Notes under the pieces: generated by a model
The model's input: the letters and a program-made list of their open reading frames with translations, nothing else
What the model was told of the DNA's origin: nothing
Database searches by the model: none
Translations under genes and position numbers: made by a program
Shown: positions 26,118 to 33,948 of the stretch, piece after piece
How the letters are laid out: every line of letters begins with the position of its first letter
How positions within the stretch are numbered: the stretch's first letter is position 1
Virus record (IMG/VR): IMGVR_UViG_3300012942_000087
Coordinates: 1 to 37,127 of that record
Origin: a virus
Taxonomy: Duplodnaviria; Caudoviricetes
DNA: 37,127 bases
Direction: 5' to 3' (one strand)

Positions 26118-27968
26118 ATGCGCACCTACTATTTCCCGCTCGCCGGAGAGGGCGTTCCGGTCTATGTGCCGGCGAGCCGTGACGACTTGGTGGCTTTCTT
26201 TGAGTGGTTCAAGCACGCCGCTCAGCGCGGACCGATTGCGCTCGACACGGAGACGACCGGACTCGACATCTTCTCGCCCGGCTACCGGCTGAGGACAGTT
26301 CAGTTCGGGCAGGCTGACCAGGCGTGGGTTATCCAGTTCGAGCGTGGCGGTAGCTTTGAGCGCTACGTGAATACCGCGCTGTGGTGGGGCAGTACGCGCT
26401 TCCTGATTCACAATGCACCGTTTGATTGGCTTGTGCTGGATCGGCACGCGGATGCTCCGCTTGAGCACATGGCGACCCGCACCACGGACACGAAGATTCT
26501 CGCCACGCTGATTGACCCGCGCCAGCCGATGGAAGGCGGGATCGGTACCGGCCTCAAGCCGCTAAGCGCGCACTACCTTGACCCGTCCGCGCCGGACACG
26601 CAGGCAGACTTGCACAAGGTGTTCCGTAGCTACGGCTATACGAAGGCGACCGGATGGGCACGCATCCCGCTAGAGGATGAGACGTACCTGACGTATGCGG
26701 GTGGGGACGTGATCCTTACCGCGCGCATTGCGAAGCTGCTCACTGCGGAGCTTGACGCGCTGGGCGTACGCAAAGAGCTTGTCGAGTACGAGCATGAGAT
26801 ATCCCGGATCTGCGCCACTATGCAGCGCACGGGAATCGTCCTCGACCGGGATTACGTCAGCGAGCTGGACACCCGGCTACGGGCCGACGAGGAACGCTAC
26901 ACGGCCATTGCCCGCCGGTACGGGGTGACCTCCGTCAACGCGTCCGCGCAGGTTGCCGAAGCGCTGCTAGGGATGGGCGTTGAGCTTCGCGAGAAGACGA
27001 AGACCGGCGCCTATAAGGTCGACAAGGCTGTGTTGACCTACCTGGCGGATATGAGCCTTCAAGGTGAGCGGCTGGACGTGCGTACGCCGAACCCGCTCGC
27101 TGAGGCTGTCTATCACGCGAAGCGCGCGGGTAAGTGGCGTTCCGCCTATGTGGACACGTTCCTTGAAACGGTGGACGCGGACGGCCGTATCCACCCGATG
27201 ATCAACACGCTACAGGCGCGTACGGGACGCATGTCCATCACGCGTCCGGCGCTTCAGACCCTGCCGTCGTCCGATTGGGTGATCCGGCGGGCGATGCTTG
27301 CCGATCCTGGAGAGGTGTGCGTATCGGTAGACTTCGCTGCGGTGGAGCTTCGCGTTTTGGCAGCGCTGGCGGACGTGCGCCGTATGAAGGAAGCGATCAG
27401 CGCGGGGCGTGATCTGCACAGCTACACGGCTGAGCTGATTTGGGGTCCCGACTTCACGCCGAAACACCGTAAGATTGGTAAGGGTGCGAGCTTCGGCAAG
27501 GTCTACGGCGGCGGAGCCGAGACGATCAGCCGGCAGACCGGTGCGCCCATCTCCGAAGTCAAGACGGCGCTTACCGCCTACGACCGTGCCTATCCGGAGA
27601 TCAAGCGCGCTGCCCGCCGCTGGGAGCGTGAGGCACGTCACAACGGCATGGTAACCGTCACGGTCACCGGCCGCCGTCTTCCGCTGGACCCGGAGCGGGC
27701 ATACGCAGTGACCAACTATCAGGTGCAGTCAGCGGCGCGCGACGTGCTGGGGCAGGCGCTCATCACCATGGATGAGTCGGGTCTGCTGCCGTACCTGCGC
27801 CTGCCCATCCATGACGAAGTGGTGGCGAGCGTGCCGAAGGCTGACGCGGAGGAGCTGACCAGGGAGATTGAGCGCTGTATGCGGATGAACCTCGGGGGAG
27901 TGCCGATCGACGCTGAGGGCGAGATTGGCGGGCGATCGTGGGGATCGCTGTACGGAGCAGATTTTTAG
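26118..27968 (+). CDS. DNA polymerase family A with 3'-5' exonuclease
   Basis: LDTETTGL, HNAPFD, RTGRMS, DFAAVELRVLA, RKIGK..FG..YGGG, NYQVQ, IHDE; ATG after GAGGAG. Confidence 0.95.
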   Translation: MRTYYFPLAGEGVPVYVPASRDDLVAFFEWFKHAAQRGPIALDTETTGLDIFSPGYRLRTVQFGQADQAWVIQFERGGSFERYVNTALWWGSTRFLIHNAPFDWLVLDRHADAPLEHMATRTTDTKILATLIDPRQPMEGGIGTGLKPLSAHYLDPSAPDTQADLHKVFRSYGYTKATGWARIPLEDETYLTYAGGDVILTARIAKLLTAELDALGVRKELVEYEHEISRICATMQRTGIVLDRDYVSELDTRLRADEERYTAIARRYGVTSVNASAQVAEALLGMGVELREKTKTGAYKVDKAVLTYLADMSLQGERLDVRTPNPLAEAVYHAKRAGKWRSAYVDTFLETVDADGRIHPMINTLQARTGRMSITRPALQTLPSSDWVIRRAMLADPGEVCVSVDFAAVELRVLAALADVRRMKEAISAGRDLHSYTAELIWGPDFTPKHRKIGKGASFGKVYGGGAETISRQTGAPISEVKTALTAYDRAYPEIKRAARRWEREARHNGMVTVTVTGRRLPLDPERAYAVTNYQVQSAARDVLGQALITMDESGLLPYLRLPIHDEVVASVPKADAEELTREIERCMRMNLGGVPIDAEGEIGGRSWGSLYGADF

Positions 27969-27992
27969 GCAACTCCTCACGTGGGGAGTTGC
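27969..27992. promoter_or_regulatory. 24-bp palindrome copy 7
   Basis: Starts immediately after the polymerase stop. Confidence 0.85.
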
Positions 27993-28172
27993 AGGCTACG
28001 AAACGGTAACGGCCGTGCCCGGTACGGGAGTTGGAGTCATCCCAAAGTAGGAGACGCCTGTACCGGGAGTGACTGACCGATGGGTAAAGTGTGAAAGGTC
28101 GTTGCTCTTTTAGAAGAGAACGGCGTACGCTCGTCACCGAACCGAAAGCGGAGCGAACACCTCCCCTCAGGT

Positions 28173-28188
28173 TGTGTCCTACGTCACA
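28173..28188. promoter_or_regulatory. Crp/GlxR-like site
   Basis: TGTGT-CCTACG-TCACA versus consensus TGTGA-N6-TCACA. Confidence 0.4.
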
Positions 28189-28195
28189 CACCATC

Positions 28196-28214
28196 CGGGT
28201 GAGCGGGGTCCGTA
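28196..28214 (+). promoter_or_regulatory. Phage-specific promoter-like motif copy 5
   Basis: CGGGTGAGCGGGGTCCGTA upstream of the sigma-like gene. Confidence 0.7.
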
Positions 28215-28248
28215 CCCCCATGTGACAGCGAATCAGAGAGGCACTTCC

Positions 28249-29139
28249 GTGACAGACACCATCACCCTCACCCTTGAGACCGTTCGCGCCGCTCAGGCCA
28301 ACGACCTTGCTGCCGTCGGCGAGGTTCTGGCAGCCCTTGAGCCCCGAGTGAAGTCGCTCGCCGACCAGCACGCACGCCGCGTCGGCTACAACGTCGCCGA
28401 GTACCGTGAGGAGTTCGAACAGGAGGCCCGCGTCAAGGGGTGGGAAGCGCTCGCCCGGTTCGGCGAGGCGGAGTCGATCGCGGAATTCTTCGGCTTCGTC
28501 TACACGGTCATGGATGGCGCACTCAGGGATTCCGTGATGGCGGAGCGGAATCCCGGGATCGACGCGAAGGCTCTGCGGATCTTCGCCCACTGGGTTCGCG
28601 AGTGCGACGGAGACGTGTACGAAGCCGAGAAGCGCGCGCAGGGTCCGGCGCCGGAAGGCGTGACTATGAAGCGGCTCAGCGCCGACCGGGCGTACGCTGC
28701 GCGGCTCGCCTACACGGGAACGCTCTCGCTGGACGCTCCGGCGCACGACCAGGACGGGGCGACCCTCGCGGATCTCGTCCCGGCGGAGGAGTGGGTTCCC
28801 GAAGACCTCATGGATGGCCGCGACCGTGAGGTGATCGCTCGCCATGAGCGGGCGGAGCGCGTTCACCACGTGCTCGACAAGATGGGCGAGAGTCAGTCGA
28901 CCGTACTGCGCGGCACCTTCGGTATCGCCCCGATGCAGAAGTTCAGCAGTGCGCGTGGCGAGAACGCAGATGATCTGCTGGCCGCCGAGATGGGTGTCCC
29001 GAAGGCGCACGTGCAGACCTACCGGAACAAGGGGTACCACGCTTTCGCGAAGCGTTGGGTGCCGATGGTCTCGCTTGGCGACGAAGACGCGGCGGACTGG
29101 TGGAGCGCTTTCCAGAGCACCCGGCAGGCTGCCAAGTAG
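28249..29139 (+). CDS. RNA polymerase sigma-factor-like transcription regulator
   Basis: Region 2-like EFEQEARVKGWEALARF, SLDAP, region 4-like VLRGTFGI..LAAEMGV; follows the polymerase as in phiC31. Confidence 0.75.
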   Translation: MTDTITLTLETVRAAQANDLAAVGEVLAALEPRVKSLADQHARRVGYNVAEYREEFEQEARVKGWEALARFGEAESIAEFFGFVYTVMDGALRDSVMAERNPGIDAKALRIFAHWVRECDGDVYEAEKRAQGPAPEGVTMKRLSADRAYAARLAYTGTLSLDAPAHDQDGATLADLVPAEEWVPEDLMDGRDREVIARHERAERVHHVLDKMGESQSTVLRGTFGIAPMQKFSSARGENADDLLAAEMGVPKAHVQTYRNKGYHAFAKRWVPMVSLGDEDAADWWSAFQSTRQAAK

Positions 29140-29160
29140 CCCACACACCACCGAGTACCT

Positions 29161-29194
29161 GAGCCGCCCGCACACGCCTGTGGGCGGCTTTCTC
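29161..29194 (+). terminator. Terminator hairpin
   Basis: GAGCCGCCCGCA / TGTGGGCGGCTT plus TCTC. Confidence 0.6.
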
Positions 29195-29211
29195 ATGCCA
29201 TTGGAGAGAGC

Positions 29212-29919
29212 ATGCGAGTTGACGTTCTGGCCAGCACTGTCATGTACGACGATCCGGCGCTAGACGCTTACGGGTACGACCCGTACCGGAAAGCGAATAG
29301 TGCGCAGTACGACGCGGAGGAAGCTGACGCGCTGGCGGAGTTCGCCGGCCGCCTCTGCTACAAGAGCTTCAGCCGGCCGAATCCGGCTACCGCCGCGAAC
29401 CGTGGATACATGGCAAACATCCTCGCTCAGGGGCACTACAGCGTACTTGAGCACGCATCTATGACGTTCCTTGTTCGGGGTGTCTCCCGCGCGCTGCTGA
29501 CGGAGCTTACGCGGCATCGCCACCTGAGCTTCAGCGTGGTGTCTCAGCGGTATGTCAACTACGCGAACAGCGAGCCGGTTATCCCGCCTGCGGTTGCTGA
29601 CGACGACAATGCTGCGGGACTTGTTCGGTACGCCTACTTCAACGCACGGGGGGTCTACGTGGCCCTGGTGTCTCAGCTCATGGAAAAGGGACTGTCCCGC
29701 AAACAAGCCCGCGAAGCCGCGCGAAGCGTCCTGCCGAATGCTGCACCGGTTGACATGGTGGTTACCGGGAACCTCCGAGCATGGCGCGATGTTCTCGCGA
29801 AGCGCTGGCACGAAGCGGCGGACGCCGAGATCCGCGAGTTCGCCGGTCTGGTGCTCGGGCACCTTCGCGAGTTCGCACCGAATTCCGTTCAGGACATTCC
29901 CGAGGAGCCTTACAAGTGA
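29212..29919 (+). CDS. thyX: Flavin-dependent thymidylate synthase
   Basis: [35 protein letters not shown]. Confidence 0.95.
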   Translation: MRVDVLASTVMYDDPALDAYGYDPYRKANSAQYDAEEADALAEFAGRLCYKSFSRPNPATAANRGYMANILAQGHYSVLEHASMTFLVRGVSRALLTELTRHRHLSFSVVSQRYVNYANSEPVIPPAVADDDNAAGLVRYAYFNARGVYVALVSQLMEKGLSRKQAREAARSVLPNAAPVDMVVTGNLRAWRDVLAKRWHEAADAEIREFAGLVLGHLREFAPNSVQDIPEEPYK

Positions 29920-30107
29920 AGCCGACAAGGCTACTGGTCGCGCTGCTGTTGGCCGCCGGCGTCATGCTGGGAGTCAGCGCATGTGATGACGGTCCGCCGT
30001 GCCTCAGCGGGCATTACGACCTGATCCCCATCTTCAATGGCAAGACAACCACCCTAGTCCCCATGTGGACGTGCGATGTGTGGGGGAAGGAACCGGCTAA
30101 GAAGTGA
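29916..30107 (+). CDS. Small lipoprotein
   Basis: MKPTR, hydrophobic stretch, VSA-C lipobox; GTGA overlaps at both ends. Confidence 0.7.
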   Translation: MKPTRLLVALLLAAGVMLGVSACDDGPPCLSGHYDLIPIFNGKTTTLVPMWTCDVWGKEPAKK

Positions 30108-30493
30108 GCGAACGGCCCGACTGGGATGCGTACTTCCTCGCTGGCGCCGAATGGGTGGCGACCCGCGCTGACTGCACGCGTAGTCAGGTGGGCGCCATCC
30201 TGGTGAACGCAGCCCATGAGGTACGCGGCACAGGCTACAACGGGGCGCCAGCGGGCGTACCGGGCTGTGCTAGTTCCGGCGCCTGCCCGCGCGGAAAGCT
30301 GACGGGTGACGAATGTGCACCGAATAGCGATTATGCGAATTGCATCGCTGACCACGCGGAGCGAAACGCTATACGGCACACTCCGCCGGGGGAGTTGGCG
30401 GGGTCTACGCTGTACGTGACGCGCGAACCGTGCCCTTCGTGCCGGACGCTAATCCGGGCGTGCGGAATAGCGCGTGTGGTAGCTCCGGGGTGA
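30104..30493 (+). CDS. dCMP deaminase
   Basis: WDAYF, C.R.QVGA, GYNG, HAERNA, PCPSC. Confidence 0.92.
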   Translation: MSERPDWDAYFLAGAEWVATRADCTRSQVGAILVNAAHEVRGTGYNGAPAGVPGCASSGACPRGKLTGDECAPNSDYANCIADHAERNAIRHTPPGELAGSTLYVTREPCPSCRTLIRACGIARVVAPG

Positions 30494-30497
30494 TATC

Positions 30498-30833
30498 ATG
30501 AACCCTCGCATTGTCAAGATGCCTGAGGGGGCAATCATGATCGAGGCAACGGGGCGGGTTGGCTCGCTGAAGCTGGACAGCGGAAAGCTTACAATCGTGC
30601 ACCGAAGCGTCCGCGCCGGGCGTGGCGAGATCACGATCCCGGTCGAGAACATCACGTCAGTGGAGTGGCACCCGGCGGGCATCCTGTCTGGTTACATCCG
30701 GATCAAGGTTGCTGGCGTAGACCCGCGCCCCGGGATCAAGCGGCGCGACATAGCGCGCGACCGATACGCGCTGCTGTTCAAGCGTGGCCAGCAAGGCGCC
30801 TTCGAGGCAATTCGCGAGGCGCTTGGGCGCTGA
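30498..30833 (+). CDS. Hypothetical protein, PH-like (DUF4429-like)
   Basis: GEITIPVENITSVEW.PAG...GYIRI pattern. Confidence 0.6.
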   Translation: MNPRIVKMPEGAIMIEATGRVGSLKLDSGKLTIVHRSVRAGRGEITIPVENITSVEWHPAGILSGYIRIKVAGVDPRPGIKRRDIARDRYALLFKRGQQGAFEAIREALGR

Positions 30834-30846
30834 CCTGCGGGAACTT

Positions 30847-30873
30847 GGGCCCTCACTTTGTGGGGGCCCTTTC
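30847..30873 (+). terminator. Intrinsic terminator
   Basis: GGGCCCTCAC / GTGGGGGCCC plus TTTC. Confidence 0.7.
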
Positions 30874-30882
30874 GCATGTCTA

Positions 30883-30906
30883 GCAACTCCCCACGTGAGG
30901 AGTTGC
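30883..30906. promoter_or_regulatory. 24-bp palindrome copy 8 (GAGG variant), over a -35 position
   Basis: GCAACTCCCCACGTGAGGAGTTGC followed by GTGCTACAGT. Confidence 0.85.
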
Positions 30907-30933
30907 GTGCTACAGTCGTGCCAACGACAGCGA
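30907..30933 (+). promoter_or_regulatory. 27-bp extended -10/leader repeat, copy 1
   Basis: GTGCTACAGTCGTGCCAACGACAGCGA; one mismatch to 31501..31527. Confidence 0.75.
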
Positions 30934-30944
30934 AGGGGGCAGCG

Positions 30945-31220
30945 ATGAATGACGAACACCGCCGAGAGGTACGCGAGGAGCTTTCGGCGTCGTGGGGGAG
31001 CGCGTACGCGGCCATGATTGGGCAGGCTGCCGGAGTGGCCTACCGCAAGGGTCGGCGAAACGAGTACACGCGCGGCCTCCTGGATGCGGCCGGATACGTG
31101 CTGGTTGCAAACGGGTTCTCTGCCGTTGAGGCAGCCAAGCAAGTGATTGCCGATTGCCAGCGGTTCCGCGAAGCCTGTGCGGCGGACGACAAGGAGGGGG
31201 ACCGTGTACTACTGCCCTAA
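30945..31220 (+). CDS. Hypothetical protein
   Basis: ATG after AAGGGGG. Confidence 0.65.
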   Translation: MNDEHRREVREELSASWGSAYAAMIGQAAGVAYRKGRRNEYTRGLLDAAGYVLVANGFSAVEAAKQVIADCQRFREACAADDKEGDRVLLP

Positions 31221-31401
31221 CTGCGGAGAGCAGACCGTGACCAGCGAGCGGGGTGCCCTGTGCAAGCCGTGCGGCGAGTACGAGGGCGAGGCTCGACAGG
31301 AGTACCTGGGCACGACCGAAGAGGGACGGTACGAGCTGCTCGGCCTGAACGACCTATCGTCGGACTTCGAACTTGACGACTACGACGAGTTCAGCACATG
31401 A
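31204..31401 (+). CDS. Small zinc-ribbon protein with acidic tail
   Basis: GTG after AAGGAGG; CPNC..CKPC; DFELDDYDEF. Confidence 0.65.
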   Translation: MYYCPNCGEQTVTSERGALCKPCGEYEGEARQEYLGTTEEGRYELLGLNDLSSDFELDDYDEFST

Positions 31402-31436
31402 GTGCTCCGCACGCCTAGAAGTAGCCGCACGCAGCG

Positions 31437-31472
31437 AAGCCCCCGGACCAAAAATCCGGGGGTTTTTTCTTT
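31437..31472 (+). terminator. Intrinsic terminator
   Basis: CCCCCGGA / TCCGGGGG plus TTTTTTCTT. Confidence 0.8.
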
Positions 31473-31480
31473 GGAGAGCA

Positions 31481-31527
31481 GTGACACACGTGTGCTGCTG
31501 GTGCTAGAGTCGTGCCAACGACAGCGA
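31481..31527 (+). promoter_or_regulatory. Host-type promoter with 27-bp leader repeat copy 2 (31501..31527)
   Basis: GTGACA-18 bp-TAGAGT with an extended -10 TG. Confidence 0.7.
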
Positions 31528-31541
31528 CAAGGGGAGCGGAA

Positions 31542-32105
31542 ATGGCCACCACGAAGACCACCTACTACGCCACTTGGAACGGCGAGACCGAGAAGCGCAC
31601 CAGCGCCCGGACCTACACGCACGCTGCGGTCTACCGCCGGAACGACGGCGAAGAGGTCATCGGTTCCTTCCACTCCAGCGAGGCGCTGGCCGCGAAGGGC
31701 ACCAACGGTTGGAAGCCGATTGCGGTCGTCCCGGTCACCACCGAGGAGCCCGCGCCGGTCGTCGCAGAGGAGCCGGAGCCGGAGGCCACCGAGGAGAGCG
31801 CGCCGGAGATCGCCGGAAAGATCGCGACCGGCAAGCGCGGGATCTACGTGCTGATCAGCACTGACGGCCGGGCGTTCGATCTCGACACCTTCGGCCCCTC
31901 GCCCTGGTACTTCCGCCCGGCGGGGGAGACGACGGCCGATGCGGCGGGGGAGATCACCAGCGAGGAGTTCTACGACCTGGGCACGGTCCGCTGTTCCTAC
32001 AGCACCACGCACACGGCGATGCGGATCGGAGCGAGCCAGGTTATCGATGGCGTCCCCGCCTGCGACAAGTGCGCCGAGTTCTACGCGGCTCAGCAAGCCC
32101 GCTGA
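31542..32105 (+). CDS. Hypothetical two-domain protein with an acidic linker
   Basis: ATG after AAGGGGAG; RTSARTYTHA N-domain, EEPEPE linker, C-terminal C..H..CDKC. Confidence 0.7.
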   Translation: MATTKTTYYATWNGETEKRTSARTYTHAAVYRRNDGEEVIGSFHSSEALAAKGTNGWKPIAVVPVTTEEPAPVVAEEPEPEATEESAPEIAGKIATGKRGIYVLISTDGRAFDLDTFGPSPWYFRPAGETTADAAGEITSEEFYDLGTVRCSYSTTHTAMRIGASQVIDGVPACDKCAEFYAAQQAR

Positions 32106-32194
32106 CGGCCTAACAGACGGGGGCGGGTATAGTTGCCCGCCCCGGACCCGAAAGGCGCTTAGAAGGGCGCCCAGACCGTGTAAGGGATAGTTAC

Positions 32195-32389
32195 ATGGCT
32201 AAGCTGAACATCACCTCCGTGTGCAACGTCACCGAGGGCGCGGAGCGAAGTGTTATGATCGTCGCCGTTGACGAGCTTCGCGGGCCGGTCGAGATCCGCA
32301 TGTCGGAGGAAGAGGCGCGTTGGATCGCCGCCTCGCTGAGCCCGATGTACAAGCGCTGGATTCAGGAGGATGGCGACACCGTCGACTAG
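32195..32389 (+). CDS. Small hypothetical protein
   Basis: AAGGGA RBS; followed by a terminator. Confidence 0.6.
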   Translation: MAKLNITSVCNVTEGAERSVMIVAVDELRGPVEIRMSEEEARWIAASLSPMYKRWIQEDGDTVD

Positions 32390-32401
32390 ATAGCAAGCGA
32401 G

Positions 32402-32440
32402 TGCCCCGGGCCCATACAGGGTTCGGGGCATTTTTCGTTT
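32402..32440 (+). terminator. Intrinsic terminator
   Basis: TGCCCCGGGCCC / GGGTTCGGGGCA plus TTTTTCGTTT. Confidence 0.8.
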
Positions 32441-32443
32441 CTA

Positions 32444-32467
32444 GCAACTCCCCACGTGGGGAGTTGC
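32444..32467. promoter_or_regulatory. 24-bp palindrome copy 9 (perfect)
   Basis: After the terminator, before the attP/int region. Confidence 0.85.
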
Positions 32468-32469
32468 CC

Positions 32470-32585
32470 AGAGGTTCGTTAGCCTAACTAAAGAGTTCCA
32501 ACGTTGTGACAAAAGTCCTTCGTTGTACGCATCATCCATTCCCCATACTTACCCATAGGTAAAGTTGAGGTTATAGGGACAGAGG
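32470..32585. other. Candidate attP region
   Basis: AT-rich, upstream of the integrase remnant as in phiC31; imperfect IR ACTTACC-CATA-GGTAAAGT near 32547..32565. Confidence 0.4.
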
Positions 32586-32593
32586 GGACAAGG

Positions 32594-33471
32594 TTGGACA
32601 CACGGATTGTGTGCGGCATGCGGGTGCCGGCTGACTCGCCGGAATGGTGCCCGTGCGGGAACGGCGCAAGGACGAATACGGCAACGATCTGGATTCGTGG
32701 TCCGGGTATGGCGAGCCGCTTTACACGGACGACGGTAAACCGGTCATGTGCGGCACTGGCGTCGTCACGCCCGCCGAATTCTTCAAAATCCGCGTTCTCA
32801 TACGGGAGCGGATCAATCCGTTCACCCGCCGTGGCGTCCGGGCCGGAACGTATCTGCTGAACCCGGTGCTCAAGTGCGGACGCTGCAAAGGGCCCATGCA
32901 CGGGGGCGGAGGCAAGTACCACTGCTCTACCCGGTCAGCCCGTGGCCCGGCCGTGTGTGCGGGCGTGGTGAGCCTTAAGGACCGCCTTGACGGCGCTGTT
33001 GAAGCCGCATGGATAGGGCACGTCTCCGCGCTAGAGCCGGATGACGACCGGCTGTACGAGATTGGGCGCCACTGGCTCAAGTTCACGGACCCTGAGACCG
33101 AGGGGCAGGTAACGCACGCCAGAGAGGCGCTAGAACGGGCTCAGGAGCGCCTTACGGAGCTGCAAGACCGGTACTGGAATCCTCCGGCCACGGGCTACCG
33201 CATGAGCGAGGCGGATTACGAGCGACAGGCACTCAGGCTGTCCAAGACGATCGAGGACCTTGAGAAGACCGTGAAGGCTCTCAGCGCGACGGCGGACGTG
33301 CCGGCACTGCTGGACGCGGAACAGATCCGGGAGGCGTGGGAGAGCGCCGACCTACACATGCGGAGGGTGTTGCTCCGCGCTGTCTTCCCGAAGGGCATCG
33401 TTCTGAGGCCCGCTACTAGGCGTGGCGATCTGACCCCGATCAGTGAGCGCCTTGACTTCGATCCGGCTTGA
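32594..33471 (+). pseudogene. int: Large serine integrase remnant lacking the catalytic domain (C-terminal ORF 32644..33471)
   Basis: YLL..VLKCGRC..PM..YHC..C zinc ribbon, coiled coil, W...D...RR.LL; in-frame TGA at 32632; no YxRxS domain upstream. Confidence 0.75.
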
Positions 33472-33557
33472 CAGCGGGTGGTTGGGCGGGTGATCGCATC
33501 AGTAGAGTGACGATTTAATTTTCAACCACCTACTAGCCACCCCCTCTGACCTGCATA

Positions 33558-33652
33558 AAGTGACGAAGTGACGATTTGACTCAAAATCCAGAATGTCTAT
33601 AGAAAACCTATAGGTAATCCGGATTCTCCGTCCGAACGTCACTTCGTCACTT
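33558..33652. repeat. 95-bp nested inverted-repeat element, copy B
   Basis: Same 16-bp terminal IR and arms as 18186..18279; apical CTATAG-AAAAC-CTATAG. Confidence 0.9.
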
Positions 33653-33681
33653 TTGCTTTGAGAGCCCTCCGGGCGCCCAAA

Positions 33682-33700
33682 CGGGTGAGTCAGGTCCGTA
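33682..33700 (+). promoter_or_regulatory. Phage-specific promoter-like motif copy 6 (candidate late/tRNA promoter)
   Basis: CGGGTGAGTCAGGTCCGTA. Confidence 0.7.
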
Positions 33701-33830
33701 CTTATAGGTGAGGGCGGGTTCCCGCGCACGAAACTACGTAACCGGCGGACAGCGGACCCCCTCAGACCGCCCTAGTAGTTGCTCCGCTTCGCCCTCTCTC
33801 CCGAAGCGTCTCTAGAGCACCTAGGGCCCA

Positions 33831-33903
33831 TGGTGTGTAGCTCAGTAGGCAGAGCGGCGGATTGTTAATCCGCTAGTCGCAGGTTCGAATCCTGCCACAT
33901 CAG
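33831..33903 (+). tRNA. tRNA-Asn(GTT)
   Basis: TGGTGTG/CACATCA acceptor, GCTC D stem, GCGGA-TTGTTAA-TCCGC, GCAGG-TTCGAAT-CCTGC; CCA not encoded. Confidence 0.9.
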
Positions 33904-33948
33904 CGAGTCGCGACAATAGCGCTCTGACCGGCGCAACGATAGCGACCA

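Noticed and set aside
27763-29196. Long minus-strand ORFs (477 aa here; also 9004..9936, 14185..15171, 24836..25636)
   Set aside because: Antisense shadows of well-supported + strand genes in GC-rich DNA; no motifs recognised
30377-30398. Partial palindrome look-alike (CTCCGCCGGGGGAGTTGG) in the dCMP deaminase; also GGGAGTTGG near 28026
   Set aside because: No CACGTG core or left arm; explained by coding sequence or chance
29212-30493. thyX, dCMP deaminase and dNMP kinase as a DNA hypermodification pathway
   Set aside because: Ordinary dTTP-supply set in phiC31-like phages; no base-modifying transferase seen
32594-32860. 88-aa ORF as an independent gene
   Set aside because: Mostly overlaps the integrase remnant out of frame; better explained as the original int start running out of frame after a deletion
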